A DNA stretch of 64,000 nt, from positions 5,426,476-5,490,475 of the forward strand of contig OZ316892.1 of NCBI GenBank assembly GCA_973895155.1, read 5' to 3'. The DNA comes from Marsupella aquatica. Lineage: Eukaryota > Plantae > Marchantiophyta. Below are positions 39,910 to 53,130 of this stretch, one piece after another. How positions within the stretch are numbered: the stretch's first letter is position 1; every line of letters starts with the position of its first letter. Below the pieces are notes generated by a model, which saw nothing but the letters and a program-made list of their open reading frames with translations, was not told where the DNA came from and searched no databases. Made by a program: the position numbers and the translations under genes.

Positions 39910-40120
39910 TCAAAAATAAAATCATCGATCAGAGTTTAAGTCAAACTCAAAGTTTTACAAAATATCACCCCACTTAAGCCCTAGTAGTCTCAAACGCTAA
40001 GAGTCCCTCTATTGACCTAGTCTAATGCAAAGAGACCGCTTCCCCTTCCTCAGTTCCGGAAGTCCCTACCGTCAATTTTGGAACAATTGTGACCTCGTCA
40101 ACCACACTATACTCTCCAGC

Positions 40121-42020
40121 CTAAGGAATCTCTTCCTCACTCTCCTCATCCGTATCCCCCTGTCTGTCTTCCTCTTCAATGTTATCTGCAAGGTTAAGAA
40201 TCCTCCCTTTCAACACACTACTCTGTTGCTTGTCAATCTCAATGGCAACGCAATATCTTCCCATGGCCAAGGAGGAGGTTGTCCTAGTCCATGATCCTGA
40301 ACAAATATCCAAAACCCTGTCTCCAACCTGACTAAAATGACTCACTTCCCAATCTAACAATGCATGTGGTTTCTAATATACATTCACTGCCTTGTTATCC
40401 CCATTGTGTTTCAGCTTCTTAATTAGTCACAGTTGTGCATACAACCACATTATTCCTTGATTCATTTGTATCAAAATTGAAGTGCTCCAATGACCGTTTA
40501 CCATCTTGGCTGTGAAAGCCAATTGTAAAGCACTCAAAATTGCTGTTCAATCTAAGCAGCGGGTTCAGGGTTTTCCCACTCTTGCTCATTAATGTCTATT
40601 AATGATCTCCTACGGCATGTAATTTGACCGGAGCCGGAACTGTATTGTGGCAGGTGAGGACTTTGGATTTCAAATTGAAAAACTTAGGAAGGAGATGAAA
40701 GAGGAAAGGGACCAGCAAGACTCAAAGCTGCAAGCATACAAGACACAAAAGGTGGGCAACCCAACACCAGCATTCTTCACATTATCCTTAACCCTGAAAA
40801 ATCATAGAAAGTCAAGGAGTCATTTAAACTTAGAAACATGGTTCATGAAATCATGAACAACTAATAATTAATTAATTGTTTTCTTAAAAAACAAATAATT
40901 CTTACCACACACAATTCTGGAACCCTCCATTACACTCCGCTTTCAAAACGGTCTTGACGGCCTCATAATATTGGTCCAGGCTATGGTGAATGATAATACG
41001 TCACAACTTCGCAGTAGTAGCCACCTTAAACAATTGGACCATCTTTGTGATCTCTTGAAGTCCCCATCTAAATGAATGGTGTCCTCATGAAGACATCCAG
41101 GCAATGCAAACCCGTAGGAACCACCTCATGTAATTGTTGAGCATCATGAGTAAAAATATCATAACGCACATCACCAAACTCTGGGTGCTCAAAAGAATTT
41201 GGATGAAGTTCCCCCTCTTGGGTTTGCCGACTAGAAGTCTTCATGGATAGCCAATTTTGCGCTTGCACAATATGTGCATTGAATTTGTCTAGGAATGACT
41301 TGAGATCTTTGCCTTCTTCATCTCCCTTCTTTTTCCAGGAGGTGGTATCTTTCTGCAAAAGGGAACCTTACAATTAGAAATGGGTTAGAGACAAGGATTT
41401 CAAATATTAAATGAATTCCAACAATCCTTGGAAGAAAGGTGACAGAATCTTACCCATGTTTGGAAAACAGGTACAAAATTCTTAAGCACATTGTTGGTGC
41501 AATGCTCAGGGTACTTGGTTTTGCAACCTGACCAACTCTCCTTGTGTAGACAAGTTAGGAAAGCCTTCTGCACTTGCATCTGAAATTTGTGTCAAGTAAA
41601 TTTGTGGACCATTTCTTGTAAAGAGAGTTCTTTAGTAAGAACTCTCTATAACACTGGGCAAATCATATCAGGATCTTTCAAGGCCTACATGTGTCTCCAC
41701 TCCGTCAATTTCATGTCCTCATATATAAGGCAGTTTGGCATCTCTGGACTGAGAGGCTTTCTTCTTGCCCTTGTCTCCTTTTTGACCATTGATCTCACAC
41801 ATCTCCCACTTGTCACAAATCTACCTCACAAATGACCACACAGGATCTTGTCGAAATGCCAACTGAAATAGGTTATCATTGGCATTTAGAACCCCAATCC
41901 TTGAGATTGATTTCAGTAGCACACTCTTTCTTGAAATCCTGGTTGGACGACAATTGATCCATTTTCCACAAACCTCACGTGAATATAATTTACTCTCTGG
42001 ATTGTCGTCATGTGCGGTCA
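40121..42020 (-). pseudogene. Decayed intron-containing beta-class amino (N4-C/N6-A) DNA methyltransferase gene
   Basis: C-terminal exon reads NVY*KPHALLDWEVSHFSQVGDRVLDICSGSWTRTTSSLAMGRYCVAIEIDK, i.e. HPxQKPxxLL..S..GDxVLDPFxGSGTT..GR..IxIE (motifs X-I-II). The upstream exon has IFTHDAQQLHEVVP/(P)YGF. GT-AG intron at 41453-41367 and a donor at 40905. Several stops and frameshifts. Confidence 0.75.
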
Positions 42021-42690
42021 AAATTCAGAATCAATATTATTCACTGAAGGAGAAGTCGTGAAGGAGACCAATGAGGAACAAGAAGAAATTGAGGAAGAGC
42101 CTTCTAGAACACCAAATGAGGATGATCTCAACGACATGTTATTAGATTAGTTAGTTAGATGTGCTAGTTAGAATTTCTTGGCATCACAGTCATGCTGTTA
42201 TCAATGAGAAATGGAGTTGTCAATAAATTTATTGGATTCTGTATTCCATCAAGGAGAACCGTTGTAACCTTTGTTCATGCGATAAATTTATCGGACTTTG
42301 CATTCCACGCTCTAGCTATTCCACTCCCTCCGCTCTAGCTATTCCACTCCCTTGTTTGTCACGATGTTATAGCTGTCGAATGGAGTTGTTGATAATCTTA
42401 TCGGACTTTGCATTCCACGTTCTTGCTATTACACTCCCTTGTTTGTCACGGTGTTCTTGTTGTCACAGTGTTCTAGCTAGGGGAATGGAGGTGTCGATAA
42501 TCTTATCGGACTTTGCAATCCACGCTCTAGCTGGTCTGTCATTACAATAATTTCAAAAAAAAATATCATTATAGCTTTGGAGAACAACATAGTCCTAGAT
42601 GTTCACGATTGCAACCATCCTCATGGGAACGATAACGATTATAACTTAAACCTTTATACTAGCTTCTACTATCAACGACTACAATGTCCA

Positions 42691-45600
42691 TCATTGCATT
42701 TGAATGATTCGTCTTGTTTGTACAGGGAGAGTACTATTTGCCAATAACGCAAAGTTATACGCATAAACGACAATTTTTGCTAGGGACAATTCATCCTCCA
42801 GTACTTTGTTAGACAAAGCCTCTTTCTCCGGATAATATCTGCCTTCAATTGCAGACTCCTCTTCCGAATCCATTGCATACCAAGTAATTTTAATTCGCTC
42901 CGGGATGTCGTTAATTTTTGTGAGAATCTCAGTCACTTTTGTCATCCAGAATGGTCTTCCCTTTGGATCCTGATGGGCTGCTACACATATCATTGCAAAT
43001 TTAGTATTCACCTCTAGATCCTTGAAGTCTCCAATTTCCGTGACTTTTTGCCAACTTCTATACATGACTGTCCTCACACCCGCTATTTTATCAACCAAGA
43101 TAGGTTCCATTGCTGCTTTTGTAGGATTGGTCGTAGGTTCACTCTCTACGCTTACCTTGGGCCAACTCCAATCAAAACTCCAATGTGCGGGTTTCAGGTG
43201 GGATGGATCACTTCTTGTTGTTTGTCAAAAAAACAACCCCACCATATATAGCCGATCTTCATCGTCAAGTAATTGAATCCATCTTCAATTGCTCTCCAAT
43301 ACTTTTGAAGAGTCGAAAAATGATTTTGAGCTGCCCACTCATCTTGTTCCTTAGTATCATTCTCTTGCTCATCATTGTCTCCTATCGCTCTCGTGGCCAA
43401 CTTCAATGCCATTTGTGGTGCGACCCACATTCCAGATGAAGGAATGTCTAGAACAAATTTCACGAGCTCTCCCCAATCTGTTGTCGTGAAAAGATGTTTG
43501 GCGTGGAAGACAGACCGAGCACTTCCATCTTCAAGTACTCTTGTAATCCAAAATTGTTTCTGAGCACTTATATATGCCATGGAGAGTACGCAGGACCTGA
43601 CCATCCATATCTTTGTCATTTGCTTGATCCTTGTCAGACACAAATTTTTTGAAATTGGCAACCTCATCGACAAAAAATATCTTTGCCATAGGATTGTAGG
43701 ATTCCTCTATGATTGCGGAAAGAGTGTCCAACCAAAAAGTTTTTTGCTTGTTCAATTTTGAAGAAAACTTGCTAAATATTTGATCAATTTGATCATGGGT
43801 GTGCCCCACCAACACAAAACCAACCTTTATTTTTTGGAAAACACCTATCTCCACCAACATGTTCAAATATGCCATAAGATATTTATTCTTGTTTTCTCGA
43901 GCAGTGTTATCAAGCTGGAGGTACAGCACTGGAGGGAGCGGACCTTCCCAGGTATTTAGAATATGCTGAATAACGTGGATGGGCAAGTTGCTATCATTGT
44001 GAATATTTGGATAGTTCAAAAAAACATTTGAACTTAATTGTTTGTTGAAGATCAGACAACCCACTACGTGTACAGGGATGAAATACTTTTCATCCATATT
44101 CTTCGGACACCAAATGAAATGAGGTAACTCTGTCTTCTTTTGATCCATTCCATCAATACAGATGCCCAAATATTTCTCCGGACTCTTATAACATTTGCTC
44201 CGGTGCTTTGCTTACTTCTCCCTCTCCACTGCTTGTGCCTTCTGATGCTCGTTTAGCAATGTTGAGAATTTTCCTACAATAATAAAAAGGTTTAGGACTT
44301 TGCTGGCCTGACAGCGATAAATTTATCGGGTTCAGTATTCAAACACGATAACAGTAATGTTAAACCGTGACAGCGATAAATTTATCGGGATTAGTATTCA
44401 AACTGTTCAAACGATATATTCACACACATTACCAAAGAAGAAGCATGGAAATACTCAACCCAATAAAATAATCGGGAGTAACACACGGGTTTAGAAACTT
44501 ACTCTTATTTGCTTCAAGTGTTGCCTTGTCACGGAGTGCTTTGAATTTAGTACACGGGGCACAGGTGAAAAAACAACTCCTTTTGGGGATGCGCATGCGA
44601 GGAAACTCCTTGTTCCAAATGCAAACAAACCATGAATATGTCACGCCTTGTTCTTGGCGCATTAGAGTTTCAGATTGGAAGGTATCAAAAACTTTTGTTT
44701 TTGTCCAATTGTCAGGTAAATGAAAGATAATCTTGTTGGGGAGACTCTCTACATTTGTGGTAAAAAAATCATCTAGCCACTTAATGAGACCAAGATGTGC
44801 GGACAATTTTTCTCTACAAAATGTATTGATCTGTATCTGAGAAAACATGTTCTTTGAGATTTTTTGGAGATGATTATTTCCTAGTGAAAATAATTTCTTA
44901 AAACCACTCCAACAAAAGGATCTACCGCTAACTGAGTAACCGCTTGCACCGGCATGCCAACCCTTCACACATCCTTTTAGAAGTACATTCTTCTCTTGGT
45001 AGGATAGCCCATAGTAATATGTGCGTTGTTTTGTCACGTCTTGCAGACCCAAATTCCTTAGACAAAAATTATCACAACAGGGATACTTATAAATTTCTCC
45101 CATGATTTTGTTTCTATTCAAATTATCGTTTATGACATTGTCTTTCCTAGTAATTCGGTCTCTATCTTTTTCACTAGGCTCATTTGACTTCTCTATAGCC
45201 TGAAATCCGTTGATAACATTAACATTTTTGGGTCCTTTAGGTACCTCGCGAATAGATGCATCACTCTTTGCTGAGCTACCATCCTCCATAGATCTCCTTG
45301 ACGCATTCAGAGGGGCACTGAAAAGGCGACTATAACTATTCTCTTCTACAACTCCTTCTAAACATTCAGACACAACTTGTGCTATGATATCGGATTCTCT
45401 ATCTCCTTCCTGATCTTCGTCCTCTGATCCACTCTACTCATTTGAAAACACAATTGAACTCTGTGGCTCTCTATACATAACCCGAACGCCACTAAGACCT
45501 CTCTGCGACACTTGGAGCCTGGAACCAATCATAGTCTGCCCTGGAGAACTTGGAGATTCTGGATTCACACATGCAGTCTCAACGCCTCCGCGAGCTGCAA

Positions 45601-46180
45601 GAAAACTGAGCACTTGTTTACCATGATTCCCACGGACCATTCAGGAAAGGGCCGAGTCTGGACTTCACAATCCGATTCTCTCGCTTGCTCGCACGTCCAG
45701 TCCAGGCAATGCAAAGATCGATTGCCGTATCGGTCTTTGTATTTCTCCCTCTCGATCCTCACCCGGAGACTGAAAGATCCGTCATTGAACGTGTGTTGAA
45801 TGTGGCGACTTGAATGCCGAGTGCGATACGCCTATCGGTCACGGGATACCCTCTCCATAACCCAAGATGGATGGCCTGAAGTGACATCTCGGACCTAAAC
45901 CTGGGATTGAAAGTTTCTCATTTCTTGGCGATGGAACGCTCAAGAGATGATGCTTCTCATGTTTACTTGGTGACACATAGTAAGAACTGGGCTAAGGACC
46001 AGAACTTGCATCAGAATCTGAGTCAGAGATTTTGGCCACTATCTGCTGTGAGAGAGGTCTAGAGCTTTAAGTATGGGACTTGGCAAACAACGGGCGACAA
46101 CATTAGGAGTGGATTCAACTAAACTTGAAGGTGAATCTGTGTCTGATTGAGACATGGCTATCCGAGACACTATGGGGCTT
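42691..46180 (-). pseudogene. Sola-like (DUF7869-type) DDE transposase, disrupted
   Basis: CIDGMDQKK..PH, LYLQLDNTARENKN, FVLVGHTHDQIDQIFS. Upstream CCDNFCL and FFTCAPC cysteine motifs. C-terminal PFWMTKV...IKITWY SH3-fold-like segment. Split over ORFs 44429-45373, 43531-44169, 43194-43673 and 42691-43110. Confidence 0.75.
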
Positions 46181-46298
46181 TGCATTACTCCCTCAATCAG
46201 GGAAAACGAATGGCTCAGCGGACAAAATGTTGCTCCAAGAACACAACTCCCAAAAATCTTCTCTGGATAATGATGCCAAAAACTTATCGGTGGTGGCC

Positions 46299-46350
46299 CT
46301 TTTATAGTGTCTGTTGACGGGTTGGCCCACGTGGCCACTTTTGATTGGCC
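46299..46350 (-). promoter_or_regulatory. Putative promoter of the transposase (TATA, G-box, CCAAT)
   Basis: Minus strand has CCAAT (~46345), GCCACGTGG G-box (~46330) and TATAAAAG (46306-46299) in canonical order upstream of the ORF fragments. Confidence 0.4.
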
Positions 46351-47078
46351 ATCGCCCTAAATGACAAAATAGCAGAGAAGGGTATATTTCTTGGATTTCT
46401 AATTTCATTCTTGCACGTGCATCGTGACAAAATTATATAGTTTTGAAATTGAAGCAATAAATTTATCTGATGTTGGTATTGCAAAAGGTGTTTCCTTCAC
46501 ATGGAATTGCAATTTTGAAATTGAAGCGATAAATTTCTCTGATGTTGGTATTGCAAAAAGTTTTTTTCATATGGCATGGATAGTTGCAATTTTGAAATTT
46601 AACCGATGAACCGAAGGATCTTAGTATTGTCGGCAAATATTTTTGCCGTCCGTAGTTTTTCCGCTAATTTTATCGGACTGCGCATTGCTGTTGAAACAAT
46701 GGCATGTTAACTATGGTCACTTGTGGAGGTAACTATGATCAATTGCGGAGGTAACTGCAAGGTAAGTTTGACGAACCGTGCAATAATTTCTTATTGACTG
46801 TGATGTAAAATAGTTACGGTAAATAACCAAAAACTGAGATTGAGTCAGAACTTTCATGGTTGAAATCCGGAGTCCGATATAGTTATTGGACTTTGCTCGA
46901 AAAATGGATATGGATTTTTAGATAAGACCTTTTATATATCTTCGGAGAGCGTGAATATGAGGTTCAGGCAAAATTTTTTCGAATCTAATTTTTCCTTTAT
47001 AAATTGAATGTTTGTGAACATTAATTTCAGTGGTTTGGAACATTCCTGAATTTCTTGATTCAATCCGAATTCCAATAC

Positions 47079-47161
47079 GGATTACATTATTTCCCCAAAA
47101 ACCTATTTTTGATGAAAAAACCCACCGATTTCGCGAGATTCGGCGAAAAATGAAAACACAC
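47079..47161. repeat. Subterminal TE segment with an inverted copy at 57233-57315
   Basis: ggattacattatttccccaaaaacct...ttcggcgaaaaatgaaaacacac is the reverse complement of 57233-57315 with few mismatches. Confidence 0.85.
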
Positions 47162-50100
47162 GCCCATTGCTAAAGATTTGCCCTCAGATCTGTCTGATTT
47201 TCACAATCTCCATATTCTCCTACTGGTTGAAATAATATGCTGAGCTATTCGAAGAAAGGTCATCACACGTTAACAAGATCAGTTGACCAGGTTGGCGTGA
47301 CTTGCTACACAGCCACGGCTCTTGTCTCAGCTTGACATATGTGTTTTGGAAGATGCAAATGCTAAATAATTATGTGTTCACTTGACGGAGCTCACCCAAA
47401 CTTATGTGTCACTGGACAACATTCAAACGATGAATGATCCACCGACCAATGAAGGAGGGCCCAAAGCCAGGACCACTCTCTTCTTCCCACATAACCTCAT
47501 AAGGTGTAAGCAGAAAGGTGTGTATCGGTAGCCGGCTTCGGCAAAACAGGGAATAACATACAATTATAACGCAATCCCTTCGAGTGTCCATGAAGTTTAA
47601 TCTCAATCCGAGCCAGACGCGTAGAATTGGGAATTGGGTCTTGAATTGCAGATGACACGATTCATTGTTGCAACCACAAATCGCACAGCGAACAGAATTG
47701 TCTGTAAAATTATCACCTGCTTGCAGGCACTCGGTGCTGGTGCTTGCTGTGTCCCATGACAAAGTAATCAGACTTGTGACTGGACGTCGGAAGTGGGCCA
47801 TGGGAATCATGACTTTCAATATCCGACTGTGGCTTTTGGTATCGAGTAGGGCCATGTGAAATATTCTGTAAAATTTGAATGACCAGTTTTCTCATTTTGT
47901 GTTTCATGGGCGAGGATAAGATGAGGAGCACTTTTCACTCTGGTTTTTGGGAATGATGCGACGTACAGATTACAGTGTGTCAGATCTTTGAGGCTAAAAT
48001 TCCCGTTTTAAATTTTCCATTGCAGGCAGTTCCATAGGAATGCCTTCAATAGATGACAAATGACAGGAAGTGTTGTTAGGTGTCCAGTGAGGTCAACATC
48101 AAGATTAATATAATTGATCAGAGTTCTACTAACATCTCCCTTGCCATGATTGATATTGTACTCGCAAAGTCTTACTTCCCAATCATGCATCCAATCATCA
48201 TCTAGTGTAAGTTCTGCAGCATAGCACACACAAAAAGAATCTCAACCAGTTTGTATTAAATAGTAGCCGAAGTATAGATCATCTTTCCAAATAGCCTCTT
48301 GCACATAATCCTTTCAATAAGGGCCCATATATATCCTTGATTGGAGGCCATTGCACTCCGATGATAGAGTTAAACGTTCCAGGTGGTTTTTCTTGGCCCT
48401 GCATTTGAAAATGCAATCGATCTGGTCACCACTCTCCAGTATAACCAGTGAGACTTGAGATGAACTTTAATTACTCTCATGTTGTTATGCAATTATTCGG
48501 TCTTAAGTCGTCCCACATTTGCCCCACTATAACAAACAATAACCATAGAATAAAAAGAAACCGACCTGGTCCGCTCTGATCACCAATGGTTAGATCTCTA
48601 GGTTGGAATTGGCCCCCACTCGAGAGTCGTCTGAATGCATGGAATCCTGCCCATGAGGCAATGCCAGTCAAGCTAAGGTTGAACAGGCACACATACGTAC
48701 TGTGATTAAGAGCCCTTGCCGTACAGGAATATTTTGTTCCTAGTTTTGTCTCAAATATTGCAGCAATGTCCTTTACTGCGTTATTTAATGGATTGTGCAG
48801 AAATTTCATCGAGTTACTTATGTGGATCATCCTCAAAGACTTCGGCAACTGGGCTACCAAATGATATGTAACTAAGACATTCGACAAGACTTTTCCACGA
48901 AGAAAAAGACTCTTGGCCTACAAAGACGGAAGGACTCAACCTGGTTTAATTGGTCAATCAGTTGTCGGTGGGGCAGGGATGTAATCATCACTCTCTCCGT
49001 CCCTCTTCTTTCTAGCTGTCCCTTTTATAAGAGGCTGCTTCTGCGCCAGTCTCGAGGCCGTGTGGGTCACTTGGGGTGTCACCCGAAGGAGTTGACAGTA
49101 GTCTTTGCACATGTACTGCTAGAGATCACGCTGGGATCACAGATGCGCCCGACAATCCTATTTATCTGTTCCCCAGTCCTGACTATCACCGTGGAATATT
49201 TGCAAGGAAGCTCGCTGGGAACACACGCAAGTTTCGTAACATAAAACGGAACATTCTCACTTTGCTGGGTCAGTATTACACATACTGTCTAGTTTATGAA
49301 TGAGAATCTCAATTGTTCTTTCATAGTTACCATGAATTTAAATTATGGCGAAAAGAATTGGAACTGCAGAATTGCAAAATTGCAAAATTCATGGCACTGC
49401 CCTGGAATTGAAATGCAAGTGTAAAACAATTTTGGATCATAACGTTTGATACAAATTAGGTTCCAAGGAATAATTATCACAATTTGTTGGAAGCTTTATT
49501 GAAGATTGAGTCTTAATTTGGAAATGATTTATCTTATTCTCGACCCCATGACCAATTTATTAAAAAAATCCTGGACTATGGTTACCCCATGTTAGTGTTT
49601 CTAGTACAACAGAAACAACACACTACTACTTTGTTTATCACAAACTAAAGCTAGGATGGATCTTCACTTTGTCTATGAAGTCCATATGGACTCGCAAAGC
49701 TTGGATGGACTTGCTCAGAACATTTAACTGAATCAGATAGCATCGGGTACACTTTATTGATTGAAATGTGACCTGTAAATGGTCTCCTTATCATTTGCAA
49801 AAGATTTCAATTACGTACATTACCGAGTTGGTTTCCTTGATAACTTGACGACCTTGAACCTGAAAGACATCAAGACGTCATGCCATTATTTAGGATCACC
49901 ATGTCGTCTTGACTACTAGTTTTCTCCCCAAATTAGTCGAAGTCGTCAACTGCAATCTGTGACCGGTTCCTTTTTCTTTTCAGTGTTAAAGCCATGATAT
50001 CTTGCTTTACGCAGTCTTGGTCCATCCGGGCTTTTGTTTCTTGTTTATCATGACACTAGCAAATATCATAAACCCGAGAATAATAAAAACTTAAGAAACT

Positions 50101-50474
50101 GAAAATTAAGATGTTGAATAACAAAGAATGCCTGGGGGCAAAACATTTTCTTTTCTTAGTTTTTAAATTATGATAAACTATCTTTGCATATTTAATATTA
50201 CTTCAAAATTAAAACAACATCTACTTACTCTAGACATTAGATCTGATTATTTGATAAGCTGATTGATATATGTATTCCATCAATCATTGGGTAACAAAGA
50301 GGATAGTTGATGATGGTTGCACAACTTAACGGTCACAAAAAATATTCATGTTGGTCAGATTTCTTAGATCTACAAATGAGATCAAATGTTGATCATTAAG
50401 GTGACAATGTGCTCATTAGACCAATGGCCTACTTTATGTAAATCAATTGTTCTTTTTAAGTTTTCATGATATTA

Positions 50475-51077
50475 GAGTTTTCCGTAAAAGCACACTTACG
50501 GGGTGAGTTCACAGGGTGAAAAGCAGGTTTATGATTTACACAGGGTGAGTTAGCGTTTGGCAGAGGTACTCAAATACACCAGAGTAAAATCCAGGGCGAA
50601 AACGGGAAAGTGATCTTCGGGGGTGGCAATGCCTAAGTCACCCTGTAATCTTCATGTGGGCAGCAACTAGCAGCAGCGAGCAGGGGCGGAACTAGCAGCA
50701 GCAAGCAGTGAAGCAGGCGCAGCGAGCATGCAGCATCAATTAGATCTTACATTATTTTGGCAGAGCAACAAGAAGAATAACACAAGAATATTTGGAAGAG
50801 CTACACTAGTGAACCACCATAAAGCAAAGCAAGAGTGCAACAGAGCATCAGCCTGGACCATGCTTACAATGTCAGAAATGCTCACATTGTGGAAAGTGTG
50901 AGGGATGTCAGAAATGCTCACAAGAGTCGAGACTTGCCCTAGAAATCATTAGCTGTAGGACTTCACCTTGAGTTTTGACAAAAAAGTTTGTTCATGCTCT
51001 ACTTTCATGGTAACTAGCCTTTTAGAATTACAGGGTGAGTGGCCCATCTTTTCATGGGCTGCTTTTACGGAAAACTG
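50475..51077. mobile_element. Non-autonomous Tc1/mariner-pogo-type element (TA TSD)
   Basis: ta|gagttttccgtaaaagc ... gcttttacggaaaactg|ta, with internal repeated (a)cagggtga motifs. Confidence 0.75.
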
Positions 51078-53130
51078 TATTGTTACAGACCTGTGAGGAT
51101 TCTCTTTTAAAATTTTCTAGCACATGGTTGCACCATGTTAACTCTTAGTTCCATCACAAACACAAATGGTGAAAATGAGCTCCAACAACCCATGTGAGAG
51201 AACATTACTAGTTTACTCACAACCATAAAAGGCAGGGCCCGTCCACAACCTAATTTTCATGTTACTCAAATACTAACAATAGCATCCTAAGATCTGGGCC
51301 TAACATGCATCAACAGAGAATTTTAACTACAAGTTCATTATTGCAAACCTGTTTGGGCTGAGATTTATTATGTTGGTGTAACCTAGCTTGGGACCTGGCT
51401 ATGTTGTCCAAAATAATTTTTAAGAAAAATGGATATATCTCAAAAACCATTTATGACCCGCATCAAACAAATCAGATGAAAGAAATTGAAATGAAAGTAA
51501 CACAAACTGGAAAAAGTGAGTTAGGATTTAGGGACAATAGAAAAAAACTAAAACTAAGTGGACGATTAGGGTGGGCAAGGAGTGGGAAGGTTTCAGATTC
51601 ATTTGCAACTTTTGGTCTAGTTGGGCTTTTGTTGTGCTTTAACCACTGTCTAATTGGTTTCACTTTTGTTGAGTATTAGTTTAGGATTAGCCACCAATTA
51701 CTTGAACTTGGTAAGTTAATTGACTGCATGGATTGAAGTCTAAATTGAGACACCATGGTAATTGTTCTACTTACATAAATTGCATGGAATATCCAGCAAA
51801 GGAGGTTGGCAAATACAAAGACGGGAACCACTAATTCATTCAATCTTCTTATGCATGTTACAATACTATACTATATAAGGTTTTGGAATGAATATTATTC
51901 TACCCAGTTGGGCACCTTCTTGGTATTGGCAAATTAAGCATGGTCCCACTCACTCTCCTAAACCTCAAAATAAAAAGGATTGGGGATCACCTTAAATCCC
52001 AAGAGTACGTAGGTGATTTATTTTCTGTAGTTTGTGATTCAAACTGGCAAATGCCTCAAAGGTCTAGGAGGGAAAAGATCGATGTGGGACCCATCTAATA
52101 TACACTTATAAATTAGGTGTTGTATTTGGTATCAAATTGTGTATTCCTATTATTTTTCTTTGTATCATTTCACCAGGAACTGAAGAAGGAAAAATTTGTA
52201 TACCTAATAAAAATATTTAGAGTGCTTATAAGACACTTTTTTTTTTGGTAGGCTCAGATAGAAGACTGTACTCGTGGACGACTCTAACTTAGTTTGCGCT
52301 GTTGAGACACTTTAGGGATAACTTCAGCACAAAGTTTTCCCCTCGTTGCTACTTTTCATGTACTAAATTCGCTTGATTTGTACTTCGATCACACGGATTA
52401 CAAGTGTTCCTTGTGAGATCAAACCATGTGCTTAATACGACTCCTACAAAGCTACCAAAGAAGGCCGCGTCATCAGCCGAGGTCATCAACCCATCATCGA
52501 ATCTATTTACTACCCGTACAGAGCGAGGCCCCCAAAGAATGGAGACGAAGGTGGGGGAGAGGCCGGGAATCAAGGACCGTCTTCGATCGAGTTTCTACAG
52601 CCAAGCATCTCCAAGTAGGCGCGGCAACCAGGTCCAATTGACAGTCACTACCAGCGTGTCGGACGAGTCCAACGGGGAGTAGAATGATCCACTATTCTAC
52701 TCTTTACGGTAGATATTTCAATTTGAAACTAGACTTCCGATCGAAATGTGCTTTATGTTCCATATAGGTAGCCCACAAGGGCAGCAGGATCTAGATTGTG
52801 CCCACGAGAGGATTGCCGCCCGTCTGAAAAGGAAGAACACCCGCTTGACACTTAGAACTCGCTTTGGTCTCCTCTTTACTCGACTCCTTCCTGTGGAAAC
52901 TCCGTTCAGTGCGGGTCAGAATGTTTCAGAATATAGGCGGGCACTGATCGGAGGGTTCTAAGGTTATTCGATATACACTACTGCGGAGCTGGGTGCCGGG
53001 GCTGGGTGCCAAGGTGGCCATTTGTTTGTAGAAACGGTGGTAGGACAGCAGTACGTGGTTCGACTGGGTTTGCTTCACCCTCCGTATTAGGAACGGTAGC
53101 ATTTCTCGGAACCGTCTCTTTGACAAGACC

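Noticed and set aside
47400-49050. Coding-like minus-strand fragments
   Set aside because: Multiple stops and no identifiable protein family.
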